In this document: positions 37,701-50,149 of the stretch, one piece after another
How positions within the stretch are numbered: the stretch's first letter is position 1
How the letters are laid out: each line of letters starts with the position of its first letter
NCBI GenBank assembly: GCA_040285825.1
Contig: JAUPSS010000003.1
Span: forward strand, 3,224,001 to 3,288,000
DNA length: 64,000 nt
From: Eukaryota sp. TZLM1-RC
Lineage: Eukaryota; Protista; Metamonada: BaSk clade
Direction: 5' to 3'
Notes under the pieces: model-generated
Databases searched by the model: none
What the model was told of the DNA's origin: nothing
Seen by the model: only the letters and a program-made list of their open reading frames with translations
Translations under genes and position numbers: made by a program

Positions 37701-40700
37701 CAATGTCATACCAATGAGGGGAGGAGTGCGTCAGACCGTCGAGGTTCAGGCAATTCCATAGGGGAGATCTAGCCGATCCTCGGTGAGTCATCATGCAGCA
37801 CAGAGCGGGCGCAGGGTTGTCAGAGACAGTTCTGGTCTTATTCTCTTCTTTTTCCTTCTTCTTTGAGGCGGTTTTGACATAGTTAGCTCTAGACAAATAG
37901 TCAGCCCAGTAATTCTTAGTTCCTTCGATGTGAACGCAGTCGAAGGAGAAGGACTGAAGGACGAGGATCCATCGGAGAACAACTCGATTGTTGTCGGGGC
38001 AAGAGAACAAATAGGCAAGGTTCTTGTGATCGCAAAAAATGGTTGGATGCTTAGTCAGAAGATATGACGAGAGATTGGGTTGGTTCAACGTCATAACAAT
38101 AGCGAAAAGCTCTTTCTGGAGGGTGGACCATCGCTGTTGTGAAGGAGTCAGAATACGTGAGTAGAAAGACACGGGCATTACCTTGCGTTTTGAAAGGCAG
38201 GTTCCTGGGGGGGCAAGGTTCTAACTCTTTCCAGACAATACCAGCGATAGCTTTGTCGGATGCATCGGTGGACACAAGAATTGTGTCATCTGGGTCAGGT
38301 AAGGCGAGGGGAAGGCTATTAATCACCATTTCCTTGATGTTGTTGAAGCATTGGAGTTCTTGAGGTCCTAACTTGATGCGTTTGGGTTTGTTCTTCAATA
38401 ATGCAGTTAAGGGGTCAAGTTCTTTGGACACTGAGGGGAGCCAGTCACGGAGAAAATTAATCGAGCCAGTGAAGGATCGGAGTTCGGGGACGGAAGTCGG
38501 AGGGGCTAAGTTACGTACGGTTTCTATCTTGGAGGGATCGATGCGGCGCTTTCCATCTTCAAAGATGGTTCCAAGTATCTTGATAGGATGTCGGTCGGTC
38601 TGGAAAGAACATTTGTGGAGACCGATTCTCACACGATAACGGCGAGCACGAGACAGGATGTAGTCTATTCTTTGTAAGAAAGCTTCTTTCGTTGAGGCGG
38701 CCACGATGATATCATCCATATAGATGAATACTCCTTCAGAGTCAAAAATACCTTTCATGAGGTTTTGAAACACAGCAGGAACATTCTTTAGGCCAAAAGC
38801 AGCACAGGTGTATTTGATCTTCCTTCCAGGGATGGCTATAGCCGATTTCTCTTGATCGTCGGGATGCAGATTTAACTGCCAGAAGGCTTTTGGCAAATCC
38901 AGGGTGGCAATGTATGTATTACCAGAGAGGAACTCACAGACATCAGAAATTTTGGGCAGATCAGCTGGAACAGGGACAGTTAGGTCGTTGATGCCTCCAG
39001 CACCGGAGTTATCTCCAGTTAGACGAGGAGGTTTCCCAGGGCGTTGGACAAGACATATGGGTGAGCTCCAGGGTCCATCATAGGGCACAGCAAAACCATT
39101 GTTCACGAGTACGTCCATTTCTTCGTTGGCAACCTTAAGCTTATCCGGTGGCAGGTAACGGAACCTTTAAGAGACAATCTTGGACTCGTCGCAAAAAGGA
39201 ATGCGCATTGGCGGACAGTCTATACCTTCGGGGGCTGGGAGCTTAGAAAATACTTCTGGGTATTTGAACAGTAAGTCTTTGATCGAAGTTTCCAGAGCAG
39301 GGTCGTTTAGCAGAAATGAGGTTTTGTCCAGATCGGGGAGAGCGGAGAGAGCAGAGACTTGATCAGACGGGGAAATGAATTGGTCATGGATTTATTCATC
39401 TTCCATTAACTGATAGTTCTTATCAGATAGGTTAAGGAAGAGGTAGTCATCGGTTAGAATGCCTAGCCTTTTGAGGAGGTCGCAACCAATGATACATGAA
39501 TTCTGGCAAGGGAGTACAGCAAGGGTTTTGTCGATAAAGGTGAGCTTAGCGGCGCCTCCGAGAAAGAAGGCGAGCTTTCCAGAAACAAGTGGGCAGACAA
39601 CTTTAGTCCGATCAGCTAGTCCTACTTCAAGAGAGTTATTCGTGGGTTGGAGCTTGGCCTTTTTGGTTAGGTCTTCAGAGATGCAAGAGATAGTGGCTCC
39701 AGTGTCCATCATTCCGTACAGGAAGGTATGTTCATCGACTAAGATCTTCAAGTGGAGCAGCTTCTTGTCTACGGGCTTGTTGAGTTTTTTCTCAAATATT
39801 GAGATCATAGGCTTAGCGAGGGAGTCGTCCTTCTTGAACAATTCCTTAGATCCTTTGGTCTTATTCTTAAAGTGGTTCTCGGTTAATTCAGAGGCAACAT
39901 GCGTTACTCCACCGTCGGCGTAAGCACAGTCGGCGTCGACCAGCCCAGACTCAGTGTCGAGGTCGGGACTAGCTTCCAACGACAAAGAGTCTATGTTACG
40001 GGAGGGAGCCTTTCCTGGCGGTACCACATGAGATGAGCTTGAAAAAACTTTCGAAACCAACTCGCTAGAATTAGACACAGGATCAGAGGATGGTTCAGAA
40101 GAGGTTGAAGGAGAACGAGAGATAAGAGCGTGGTCGGTATCTGAGACAGGAGGGGCTATTGAATCTAAGTTGTCGAAGAGTTCTTGAAACTCTTGAGCGT
40201 CAGAGAATGACAGAGAGGGTGTTGAGCTTCTGGATGTTGAAGGAGATGTCGAGTAGTTATAAAGGTTTATTGAAGAGAATGGGTTGAGGGTCACACTATA
40301 AGAATTATTGTCAGAACTAGAGGAGGATGAGGACATTACTCCATGCGGGAAGAAGCTCTCGACGGCAGTATCTTCTTTCAAGGCAGACTGGATCGAATCA
40401 ACGATAGAATTAACTTGAGGCTCTTCAGGTTTTGCGTCAGTTACTTGGTTGACTTGGCGGCGAAGGTTGTGCTTTCTTTGGAGGGTAGGATTGTTTCCAT
40501 ATTTTCGAGGTTTGCTGGCTTTGCACCCAGGCTTTGGGCAGTCCTTCACCATATGGCCAGGCTCCTTGCAATAAAAGCAAGTTATGGGAGAGGGAGACTT
40601 CTGAGGAGAGAAATATTTTTGCTCAGAACGAGGACTTTGACGGGAAGACGAGGACTTAGGGGTGGAGCGGACAGAATAAGACTTATTAGCAGAGCGGTGG

Positions 40701-41716
40701 GCCTGGGGAGTTCGAGAGTTCTGACGAGAGGGTTGAGATCTAGGAGGAGGAGGGTTTGGGCCATGTAGAGTATAGTAATCAGAATACGGGAGGTGATAGG
40801 AAGGGAGAAGTTGACGGAGGCGAGAGACTAAGGAGGAGAAGGTATCAATAGATCCAGTTTCTATGTCAGTTCGGATAATAAAGCGGAGTCTTTCGGGACC
40901 TATTCCATTCGTAAAGAACATCATACGAGCAGATTCAGGCAATTCGGAGGGACAGAGTCGAAGTTTCTTGAGGAAGACAGAGATATAGGAGGTGATAGCT
41001 TTTTCAGCGGTTGGGGCAGACAGATTGAGTTTCAGAGATTGGAGCTTGTGATAAGCTTCAGCAGAGTCTTCAAAACGGCAAAACGATAACAAATGGGAAA
41101 GAACGGCTCCAGGGTCGTTGGGGTCGATTCCTTTGAAGATCTCGAAGGTTTCCAACACTACGGGGGCAATGGTACATAACACATACGGCAGCATAGCTTG
41201 GTGAAGCTGATTTTCCGAAACAAGGCGGCGCTTTTCAAAAGTAGCAACATTAGTCGTGTCAGAGGAGTCAGAAGGCGGGTCTTGACTTTCTTCAAAATCC
41301 ATCTCGGAGGGAAGTTTGAAGTTTCGAGGGTTTAAGGTCGAACTAGGTTTTCATGTTCTAGTGGAGACAGGGGTAGATTCGGGGATGTCTTCGGTACTCA
41401 GTTCGGAATTCTCGGTGAGAGAAAGTTGGGATTTCAGAGCAGCGACTTCTTGGGCGAGAGCCTTGATAACTTCTCGGTCAGAATCGCAGGAGGAGGACTC
41501 GGGTGCCTTCGAGCCGGAGGGAGACTGAGAGTGAGTAGAAGACGGATATCTTCTTGTCATGTCTGACGAGACAAGATTGGAGGACATACGGGATGCGTAC
41601 ACCTTAAGCGCTTCCACATACTGGGAGATGGCTTCTCGACCAGTGTGTTGTAAATACGGAGCGACTTGAGGGTACCTGGCTACGGAGGTGGATTCTCTGG
41701 CGTCCACAGTAATTAC

Positions 41717-41886
41717 TGTTGGCTTTAGTGCACGTTGGTTTTCCATAAACGAATAAAAACAGATGTTTATAGAACAGAGGTAGAAAATCAGAACTATATT
41801 AAACAAAAACGAATTTAAACTAAAGATGACGTGATACATCACGTCATACTTTCCGAAATAGGCGGAGGAGTTTAGCCAGGCTAACA
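41717..41886 (-). repeat. 5' LTR (170 bp)
   Basis: Direct repeat of 34551-34720. Confidence 0.95.
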
Positions 41887-42423
41887 TTTGAATTGTATTT
41901 CGTCACTTCATTTTTACTGCTACTTATCCCATATTTCTCCACCATATACGCCACCATCTACAACTGATATCTTGCCAATAATTGATACAATTTTAACCAA
42001 ACATTGTTGCTCTCATTTCTGCTGTGCTCCGTTTTTCCACACAAACTATTTCTGATGAGAATGCTCTATTGCGTTCCGAGTTGGATCGCTCTCATCAAAA
42101 CTATCCTGCTTGCAAACGAACCCTTTCAAGTCTCCAATCTAATCTGAAATGTATCATCAACTGGAAGATGCTCAAAACATGCCCAAAAAAGAACAATTAG
42201 AGAGGGAAAAGTTGGAGACCTTTTTGCAAGAAATTCACAAAGTTCTTGAAGAAAAACAGCCTGCTCTCACTTTATTACAAGAGTCTTGGTCGATGAGCGA
42301 AGTTACCCAAAAAGCTATGAGCAGTCGACTAAGGGAGTCCTTAGAAGTTGTGCAGTTGCCCTAGAACTGTTGAATCTCACATTTATTGGCTCTGATCTTC
42401 TGATAATGGATCATTTTTTTATT

Positions 42424-42560
42424 TGTTGCTGTTGAACTTAAATTGATTTAGTAGGTTTCTTTGTATTTCGACTGATGACGTGATACTCGTTTATGAATCA
42501 GGTTTATTAATAAACTCAGGTTTCTCTCTCTCCTTCGTGTGTTCATCTGCCTAGGCATCA
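42424..42560 (+). mobile_element. Solo LTR of the TRIM family
   Basis: Close match to 7336-7474; TSD TATT. Confidence 0.9.
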
Positions 42561-43266
42561 TATTGAATTAATAATTTGTTCTTCATTCTCTATTGAAGCA
42601 TTTCTTCTGACATTGTTGGTAATGTCATTCACGTCAATTCCATTATATTATAGTCATTGTTATATTAATTGTGAAAGTAGTCAGTTTTCTAACAAAAAGA
42701 AATATCGTTTTCAATAAATAGAAATGACGAACAATTGTAAGTCTTGATTACTGCATCTTCAGAAATTCCTCTGAATAAAAATTAATATAATCATAATCTT
42801 CCCCGATTAAGTCTTGATTGATTAAAGGCTCCTTCTTTAATATTTTCAAATCGGGAGTAAAACATGGAGTGGATAAAACTAAGAAACGTTTTGAGATAAG
42901 AAATCCAAAAATGGCTGTCAATGGCAATTGAAAGGGTTCCAAGATTATTGAACATTTTAAGAAAATTGCGGACAATGAAAAGCATGTACAACCGGAGTCA
43001 CAATACACTGTTGAGTTTTCTCAGAAGGGTATACACTTTACGCTTTGACTTTCACCAAGGACCAAATGACTATGGAGAGTACGTAACTTTGTATCTTCTG
43101 ATGCAGCCTTCTTTGTAGAGATAATGTCTGTAAAAGAAGTCTGATAGAGTGAATGGCGTAGGTAAGTTGAAAATGGGTGTAATAAATGACCCAAAGAAAA
43201 TAATTCCAAGTTATTCTTCCAAAAGAAAATCCACGCCACAGAAAATAACCTGTTATATCATCTTTC

Positions 43267-43614
43267 ATGTCAACCAGAACTGGTTGGGAAGCTACCTCTA
43301 CACCCGGCCCTTCTAATGTTGATCCTGTTCCTTCTTCCATGGCTTACATACCTTCTTTGGATGGTGGAGAGGATTTGACTTCACAAATCTCTAAACCTGC
43401 ACCAGAACTACCACAAGTTCAAACCTCTGAAGCACTTGACGAACTCGCTTCCTACAGCCTTCCTCCAATACCATACAAGGATATTCCAACTGCTTCTGTT
43501 GCATTTCTCACAAATGTTGTGGATCCAGCACTAGAGGTGTTTGAAGATGATGATCCATGGACCAATGAATCACTACTCCAGGATGTAGCCGACTTTTTTG
43601 AAGCAAAGACGTGA
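43267..43614 (+). CDS. IFT43: Intraflagellar transport protein 43-like
   Basis: IPSLD..EDLTSQIS.P..VQT..LD...LT.V..P..EV.EDD.PW..LL.DV pattern matches the recalled IFT43 C-terminal domain. Confidence 0.75.
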   Translation: MSTRTGWEATSTPGPSNVDPVPSSMAYIPSLDGGEDLTSQISKPAPELPQVQTSEALDELASYSLPPIPYKDIPTASVAFLTNVVDPALEVFEDDDPWTNESLLQDVADFFEAKT

Positions 43615-43709
43615 GATGTAGTTTTTGGTGTGGCATAACTATTTGTAAATTAATTTATTAAATAAAAATAATTTAAAACTAATTAATAACAATGACGAAT
43701 TTGCAAAAA

Positions 43710-45431
43710 CTAAAACTCTAATTCATCTGAATCTGGACCATCTAAACATAGGTCAATATCTGACGTGATTTCTATGGACATTGGTTGACTGGAAACAGAA
43801 TCACCAATCATAACGACGTCATCAGGTTGATCGCCTGACTGATTGATGATGGGGTCAGTAGCTGTTTTGGATTCAGGTTGTGGTGACGAAATAGAAAATT
43901 TACTGGTTTGTACACTAGACTCAACATCTTCAATCAAATTTTTCTTTTCCATCAAATTATCCTGAAACTGATTGACAGAGAGGTCGACATTGTTCATAAC
44001 ACCACAAAACTCAGAACCTTTACTAACCTTGGTCGCATCTCCAGCATCTCTTTCGTAAGCATTGACAATTGTGGATTGGTTGGGGAAAACAACGTGGACG
44101 GGATGTAATACCTCAGCTAAATCCCTATAACAACGCAAATTACGACTGCTAGCCAATAAATGGTGACATCGTAATGACGTGGCAAGCTCAAGACTTTTCT
44201 TGACTTCTGAATAAGGGGGAAGGACTTTACTGGACCTATAAACTAACTCATCAGCGCAATAATTAAATATTTCAAATAATGATTTAATAACTGGTTTTGG
44301 TAGATTATTTTGATCACACTGCCAGAACTTTTCCAAAACAGGGGAAAAAATAAAAGAACAAAATTCAGGGGAGCATTTGTAGCAAAACTTAGAAAGAGTA
44401 GAGATTAAGTTTTGCGTGATGGGAAGAAAATTCAATAGGAAATGAAAAGAGGTGAAGCAATCAGAAATGATTGGAGCGCGTGATCCTAATGATGACGTGA
44501 CATAGGTCAAAACAGAAAGACTTTGGTTGACTAAAGAAGTGTGATAAAAGGAACAAGAGGTGGTGGACATATCACGGAACAACATTGTAAAGAGTTCATT
44601 AATCTGTCTATAATCAATCAAAATTTGATTGGTGGAGGTCAACAATAATTTCAACAGCTCAAAATGTACCCGAGAAACCAAAAGACTGCTATAATCATTG
44701 TCAATTTCAGGAACGAATTCTAAGAAATCACTAAAGTCGTTAAAACAGTTGAACTTATTGGCAAATAAAGATTTGATTGAATTTAATAAAGGAGATAAAA
44801 AATCTTTTTGGCCAAAATTAATCAAAAATATTGTATTTGAAACCAATTCAATATTATGCTGGGAGACTAAATTAAAGTTTTTCTTAATGAAGCCATTTAG
44901 CTGACTGAGATCAGATTTAGAAAACAAATAGCCGAATTTTTCAAAAAATACATTAAAGATGTTTAAAAAATGACTAGTTAGATTAAAAACTGAAGAAATT
45001 GACGGTATTAGATGATTGCTATTGAGATGCTTCCTCAGATCGGGAACTTCAACTTCTGAGAGAGCAAGCAATACCATCATTCCTCCAAGCAAAACATTAA
45101 GTTCACCACAATTGACACAGGAAGTAGCAGATGACACCCAATTGGCTACATTGGAGAGAACAAGGGGTGATGGCAGGAGTGGGATCGTGTTGGAGAGAAG
45201 AAGACAGCCAGTGTAACGGCCATGCAAAACAGTAGAGTGCATAAGCATTTTGATAGACGAGAGCCATTTAGTTTGATGTTTGGGATAGTTGAGAAAGTGT
45301 GATTGTTGAAGAAAGGATAGGATAAAATCTAAAGAGTGGTAGGCAGAGGAGGGATCCTTGAGTAGGTTATTGATAACGGAGAAGTAGGGGTCCTTGGCTG
45401 GTGTGGTCATTGGTAAATCAAGAAAATGCAT
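43710..45431 (-). CDS. Rix1/PELP1-like pre-rRNA processing protein
   Basis: KWLSSIKMLM...RYTGCLLL...NWV N-terminal RIX1-like pattern, helical body, acidic tail. Confidence 0.6.
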   Translation of the reverse strand: MHFLDLPMTTPAKDPYFSVINNLLKDPSSAYHSLDFILSFLQQSHFLNYPKHQTKWLSSIKMLMHSTVLHGRYTGCLLLSNTIPLLPSPLVLSNVANWVSSATSCVNCGELNVLLGGMMVLLALSEVEVPDLRKHLNSNHLIPSISSVFNLTSHFLNIFNVFFEKFGYLFSKSDLSQLNGFIKKNFNLVSQHNIELVSNTIFLINFGQKDFLSPLLNSIKSLFANKFNCFNDFSDFLEFVPEIDNDYSSLLVSRVHFELLKLLLTSTNQILIDYRQINELFTMLFRDMSTTSCSFYHTSLVNQSLSVLTYVTSSLGSRAPIISDCFTSFHFLLNFLPITQNLISTLSKFCYKCSPEFCSFIFSPVLEKFWQCDQNNLPKPVIKSLFEIFNYCADELVYRSSKVLPPYSEVKKSLELATSLRCHHLLASSRNLRCYRDLAEVLHPVHVVFPNQSTIVNAYERDAGDATKVSKGSEFCGVMNNVDLSVNQFQDNLMEKKNLIEDVESSVQTSKFSISSPQPESKTATDPIINQSGDQPDDVVMIGDSVSSQPMSIEITSDIDLCLDGPDSDELEF

Positions 45432-46394
45432 GTTTCTCTCCCAACTGTTAGATTTTCCCTACCTGATCAGTCAATTCATGGAGGTAGTACTTGGTGTTAG
45501 CTATAGTCTGATTATTTCATTGTACCTGAGATGTCCAATGGTAACTTAGATAATGCATGTTTCTATCCATGCTAATTTACACAAGCATTCAAGTACATAT
45601 TCAAAGCACTGTTCACACCTTTAATCCACTTAAAGGTGACACCACATTTACTGTTTCAATCGAAATCTTGAAATCACAAATTCAGCAGAGTTTTGCCAAA
45701 TGCATCTTCACGAGTGATTTGGGTAACAATGTTAGTATTCAACCGTTTTTCCTGCTCTGAATCCTGAGCATGAAGTAGCTTAGGTAGTTTGTACAAACAT
45801 CTCTGTTTGAAATTCAAATATTTGTTCATAATAGGTTTTTTGTTCCTTCAATGATCTTCTTCTTTACTCTAATATTGTCTATGGAACTCACTATGATTGG
45901 AACTTTGGACACAATATCACTGAATTAAGCAGCATAAGATTGAATTATCCAGGTTTTTTCTCAAAATTAGGAGTTCAAACACTCAAACTGACTAAGTATC
46001 ACATTCACTTGGGTCAATGCCAGCAATAACCAACTTTTAATGAATTCAGATCATGTTGTCAATGGATTTACACAAAGCAATATATAATTACTTTCTCAAT
46101 TTTCGATTTATAAATGTCCATTTTTTTTTGAAAAATTCCACGTATTTTGAGAGTTGTTGCCATCAGAACAGCCACAATAATTGTTGGATTTAATGTGGAA
46201 TAATTTTGATCAAAACAAAATGCGAGACCAAAAGAATTATGAATACTGATATTTTCACCAGTATTTTGTCTGAGTACTTCCACACTTTGAATTTAAATAT
46301 CAAATGTCGCTGAGGAAAAGTGTGTTGCTGAATTTGCAAATAGTAGCCATTCACAACAACAGCTATTCAAATTTAGCGCCACGTTGTCAAAATA

Positions 46395-46880
46395 CATTCT
46401 CGAAGACCCCAGCATTGATAGTGCTTGCAAAAATAGGGGTATGAGGTAATCTGGTTGTTTAGGCTTTGTGTAGAAGTTTCATTATTTTAGACGCCATATC
46501 TATTGGTCATTGTAATTGTTTAAATGAACATTTGATTAAATCTATTATAAATAATGATCTTCATACCGAAGAAAAAAATACAAAATTGTTAATTGCACAA
46601 AACCTATTTCTTCTGTTGATGAAAATTCTCATGTACAATATAATCTATGTCCCTTTGGTTTTTCGTTACTGGTTCCTCAGGCAAGGTTGCTTTGGTATCC
46701 TTTAAAGATTTCAGCGTACTTGCAAAGGAAAGATTTGGGAGATTTCATCGTGTTTATTCGCAATACAGAGTTTTGGTTTCAATTTTTAAGGTTCAATTAC
46801 TTTCTGATTCATTGTCGTCTTTTGGTCGATTTTGAGAATTTTTAGTAATAAACTGTTTTGATGCTGGAGAGGTTTCAAAA
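46395..46880 (+). pseudogene. Decayed CRE-like family B RLE fragment
   Basis: Similar to 12390-12880 (attttagacgccat.tctattg, gaaaattctcatg). Confidence 0.65.
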
Positions 46881-47184
46881 ACATATAGCCTTAGTTGTTG
46901 ATCTGAAAATTATTTGAGTTGATTGACAAATATTTTGAAATTACGAAATAACGTAATAGAATATATTTAAACAACTCTTTCAGCGAGGTGCATTTGTTAT
47001 TGAATGAGCATACCCTTCTCTAAATACTTAACAAACAACTAACAACTTTTTACCAGGCCTAGGTTGTAGTGATTAATGCCGACTGTAGCAACAAGAGTTC
47101 AAAAAACCTGTATTAAAATATACCAAAAATAATACTAAACAACAAAAACTAAACAAATAAAACAACAATAGAGGAAAACTAAAA

Positions 47185-48552
47185 CTAAATAATGGACAAA
47201 ACCTCAACTAATTCATCAAGGACTGACAGTTGCTCCTCAATAAGATGAATGGCTAAATGTTGCCTTTTTGTCAAATTATGGGGTGACACGTTCAAAAATT
47301 GAGCCATTTGATCTCTACAATAGACAAACATTCCCCTCAAAATTTTAAAAGTTTCAATTCTATCAGAATTACTCAAGATCCATAGAGAGTAAACATCAGG
47401 AGAATCAAGATCAACACCAAAATCAACATCAAAATGACAATATTGCTCCAACGCTTCATGATCAATCACTTCAACATCAATTGATTGATTTCCTTCCATA
47501 AATGACTTTAATTTACTACTATTTACTGCCATTGACCCACAAAAAGCTAGCAAGTTGAGAGGAACTTCAGTTGGAGTCACTTGTTCATAACACAGATAGT
47601 ATTCATTTTGAGGTGGAATAAAACCGCAATAATTAAGAAATTCAAAACATTCATTGTAACGACTTAGGGTCTTCAAGTAATCTATAACCAAAAATAGAGG
47701 AATTTCGGCAACGGTGAATGGGTTATCCATATCAATATAACCGTAACGGCTAAGACAATCAATATTGTTTAAATCGCCATAAGTATTTAGAATTTCTTCT
47801 CCCTTCTTAATGGGCCTGGTTGCTACAATCTGATGTGTATGTGGTTCAAAATTATGACAATCAGAATCACAATCAGAATCACAATCACAATCGTTATCAT
47901 CTTCCTCTACATCAACAACTCTTACATTAGACCTTCCTGATCGTGCATTGAGAGCATCAGCCAGGGGGAGCAGGTAGGGAAAGCCATTGTGATCAGAGAA
48001 GGAGTAAGCTTGAATAAAGGAGCCAACCAGGATGTACTGCTTGATGGAAGGGGTAAAATGAGGAGAGGAAAAGTAGAATGGGAATGTACTAATAATCGGA
48101 GTTAGTAAATCGTTATAAATTTCCTCAATGGCAGCCTTGTCTTCCTTGACGTTGATGGACGTTAATTCTAGCAAAGATGCTTCATCAGTGGTCCAAAAAA
48201 TAGGAGAATCGGTACTGGATGGGGGAAAGAAAGTGGAAAAATAAGTATGAAATGACGAAGAAGGACCTAAAGAAAGCTCATGAAAGACACAGAGTGCAAG
48301 AGCAGCAAAAGGATCTGCATCAAAAATGTCTTGTAATTGTGGCTCATTTTTAGCAATAGTAGCCAAAGCAGAAGAGGAGGACGAAAATACTAATGATGAC
48401 GAAATGTCCGTGATAACTGTACCTTCTTCTAAATCTTGATTGGCAAAAACTGATATTCTGCTGCTGTCAGTAACTCTGAAATCAAGGTATTCTGTGCTAC
48501 ATTTGTAAGAATTGATCCAATCAGTGAACTTTTGTAGGGAGATGTCATTCAT
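47185..48552 (-). CDS. SET-domain protein lysine methyltransferase (SETD6/Rkm-like)
   Basis: LLPLADALNA, IVATRPIKKGEEILNTYG..LSRYGY; first ATG at 48552. Confidence 0.85.
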   Translation of the reverse strand: MNDISLQKFTDWINSYKCSTEYLDFRVTDSSRISVFANQDLEEGTVITDISSSLVFSSSSSALATIAKNEPQLQDIFDADPFAALALCVFHELSLGPSSSFHTYFSTFFPPSSTDSPIFWTTDEASLLELTSINVKEDKAAIEEIYNDLLTPIISTFPFYFSSPHFTPSIKQYILVGSFIQAYSFSDHNGFPYLLPLADALNARSGRSNVRVVDVEEDDNDCDCDSDCDSDCHNFEPHTHQIVATRPIKKGEEILNTYGDLNNIDCLSRYGYIDMDNPFTVAEIPLFLVIDYLKTLSRYNECFEFLNYCGFIPPQNEYYLCYEQVTPTEVPLNLLAFCGSMAVNSSKLKSFMEGNQSIDVEVIDHEALEQYCHFDVDFGVDLDSPDVYSLWILSNSDRIETFKILRGMFVYCRDQMAQFLNVSPHNLTKRQHLAIHLIEEQLSVLDELVEVLSII

Positions 48553-48648
48553 GGTGAAATCTTGAAGGAAATGACAATTTTTCTCAACATTACAATTTTC
48601 AAATCTCAACCAAATCCTACTGCCTGGTTTTCACCATGATTCAAGGTT

Positions 48649-49719
48649 ATGAGCGGATTCATCGAACTGGCATGTGGGCCCATGTTTTCTGGAAAGACAT
48701 CCTGGCTCCTCAACAGACTTCATTCACTAGCTGATTCAAATAAGCAGTGTGAACTTCTCAGTTTTGATAAGGATTCTGTCTCTCTAAAGAAAGCTTTATT
48801 ACAATCACACAAAGGTGATCGTTTTATGGCTCTCACGTGCTCTTCGCTGCAAACAGTTGCAGCAAAGGTTTTCAATGCCGATGTGATTGCTATTGACAAT
48901 GCCCACTTCTTCGACAATGTAGCTGATTTTGCAGATTCGCTCGCCAAGAAAGGTAAACATGTTTTAATAACTGCTCTCAATTCATCATTTAACATGACAC
49001 ATTTTCCCTCAGTAACTGCACTGATACCTGTTGTGGATTCGTTCATCCATCTGTGCCATGGAAAATGCCAATGTGGAGCCACAGCGCCTTTTTCTAAAAG
49101 TTGTTCACTAAAGCGACCACTCTCTCAAATACATCCTCACCCAGATGCATTTGAACCAAGTTGTAGAAAGTGCCATTCAAGAACTGCAAGTGGAAACCTC
49201 GTTTTGTTTTTAGGTCCAATGTTTGCCGGCAAGACAACTTCCATGATTAACCACTGTAGGAAACTCGCTAACAATGGCGAGAATGTTTTGGTTTTGAAGT
49301 ATGCTAAAGATGTCCGCTATTCCGATAGTTGTGCCCTTGTCACACATGATGGAGATTCAATCCAAGCTCTCCCTGTCCACAAACTCAAAGATGCTTGTCC
49401 TGAGATTTCTAGGTTAAAACCCACTGTCATTGGAATTGATGAAGGTCAGTTTTATGCCGATATTGATTTAGCAAGGTCTTGGGTTGAGCAAGGTTTCACC
49501 GTTCTGGTCTCTGCTTTGTCTGGCACTTTTGAAAGGAAAGCTTTTGATAACGTTTTGGATTTGATTGCTGTTGCTGATTCTATCCATTTGCTTCATTCAA
49601 AGTGTAAATGTGGCAATTTTGCTCCTTATAGTCAACGTTTAGTTGCATCTAAGGAAGTTGAACTTATTGGTGGAGCTGATTCTTATTCTCCTGTTTGTCG
49701 TAAATGTTTTTTGTTTTAG
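48649..49719 (+). CDS. Thymidine kinase with two tandem TK1-type domains (copy 1)
   Basis: GPMFSGKT and GPMFAGKT P-loops, IDNAHFF and IDEGQFY, two sets of Zn-binding cysteines. Confidence 0.92.
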   Translation: MSGFIELACGPMFSGKTSWLLNRLHSLADSNKQCELLSFDKDSVSLKKALLQSHKGDRFMALTCSSLQTVAAKVFNADVIAIDNAHFFDNVADFADSLAKKGKHVLITALNSSFNMTHFPSVTALIPVVDSFIHLCHGKCQCGATAPFSKSCSLKRPLSQIHPHPDAFEPSCRKCHSRTASGNLVLFLGPMFAGKTTSMINHCRKLANNGENVLVLKYAKDVRYSDSCALVTHDGDSIQALPVHKLKDACPEISRLKPTVIGIDEGQFYADIDLARSWVEQGFTVLVSALSGTFERKAFDNVLDLIAVADSIHLLHSKCKCGNFAPYSQRLVASKEVELIGGADSYSPVCRKCFLF

Positions 49720-50149
49720 CAAGTGTTTTTGAACATTTTCTGCTTAATAAAAATGTAATTTAACTTTGTTGTTTTTTGTGCCACTGTTTATTGCAGAATT
49801 GCTGATGGTTGTTATCACAATTACTTTCTCTAATTGTAAGTTGTACATTACTGTCATCTTAAACTTACTCTCAGCCAATGAGATTTTGAGTCAATTCCTT
49901 TACAAGCTGTTTGTTTTGGTAAATCCAGAGTTTCAGAACTTCTTCAAGCTGTAGAAACTTGATTTATCGGATTTTTGTCCCTCTTGAAGATGGTTGAGAG
50001 TGATGTAAGGCATGTGGAAAATGGTGGAACACACAATAATTTGAAAGCATTTTTTGGTACAATTTTCTGCTTTCAAATCCATCATTGCTACAGATTGTAA
50101 AGAGCACATTTCGATATTATTTTTTCGATGTTTTTCAATTTTTTTTCGA

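Larger units (their letters stand above)
34551..41886 (-). mobile_element. Full-length Ty3/gypsy LTR retrotransposon, disrupted by stops and frameshifts
   Basis: Gag CCHC (CFYCKEPGHMVKDC), protease DTGA, RT YMDD, RNase H TDAS, integrase HHCC plus D-D-E, GPY, chromo-like tail; PPT at 34721-34745; TSD TTTG. Confidence 0.95.

Noticed and set aside
34851-41353. Several in-frame TAA/TAG/TGA codons in gypsy gag-pol, suggesting stop-codon reassignment
   Set aside because: Host genes are long, lack internal stops and end in TAA, TAG or TGA; the element also has frameshifts, so this is decay
42748-43260. Cluster of short ORFs upstream of IFT43, possibly a small spliced gene
   Set aside because: I could not build a convincing gene model or recognise a motif
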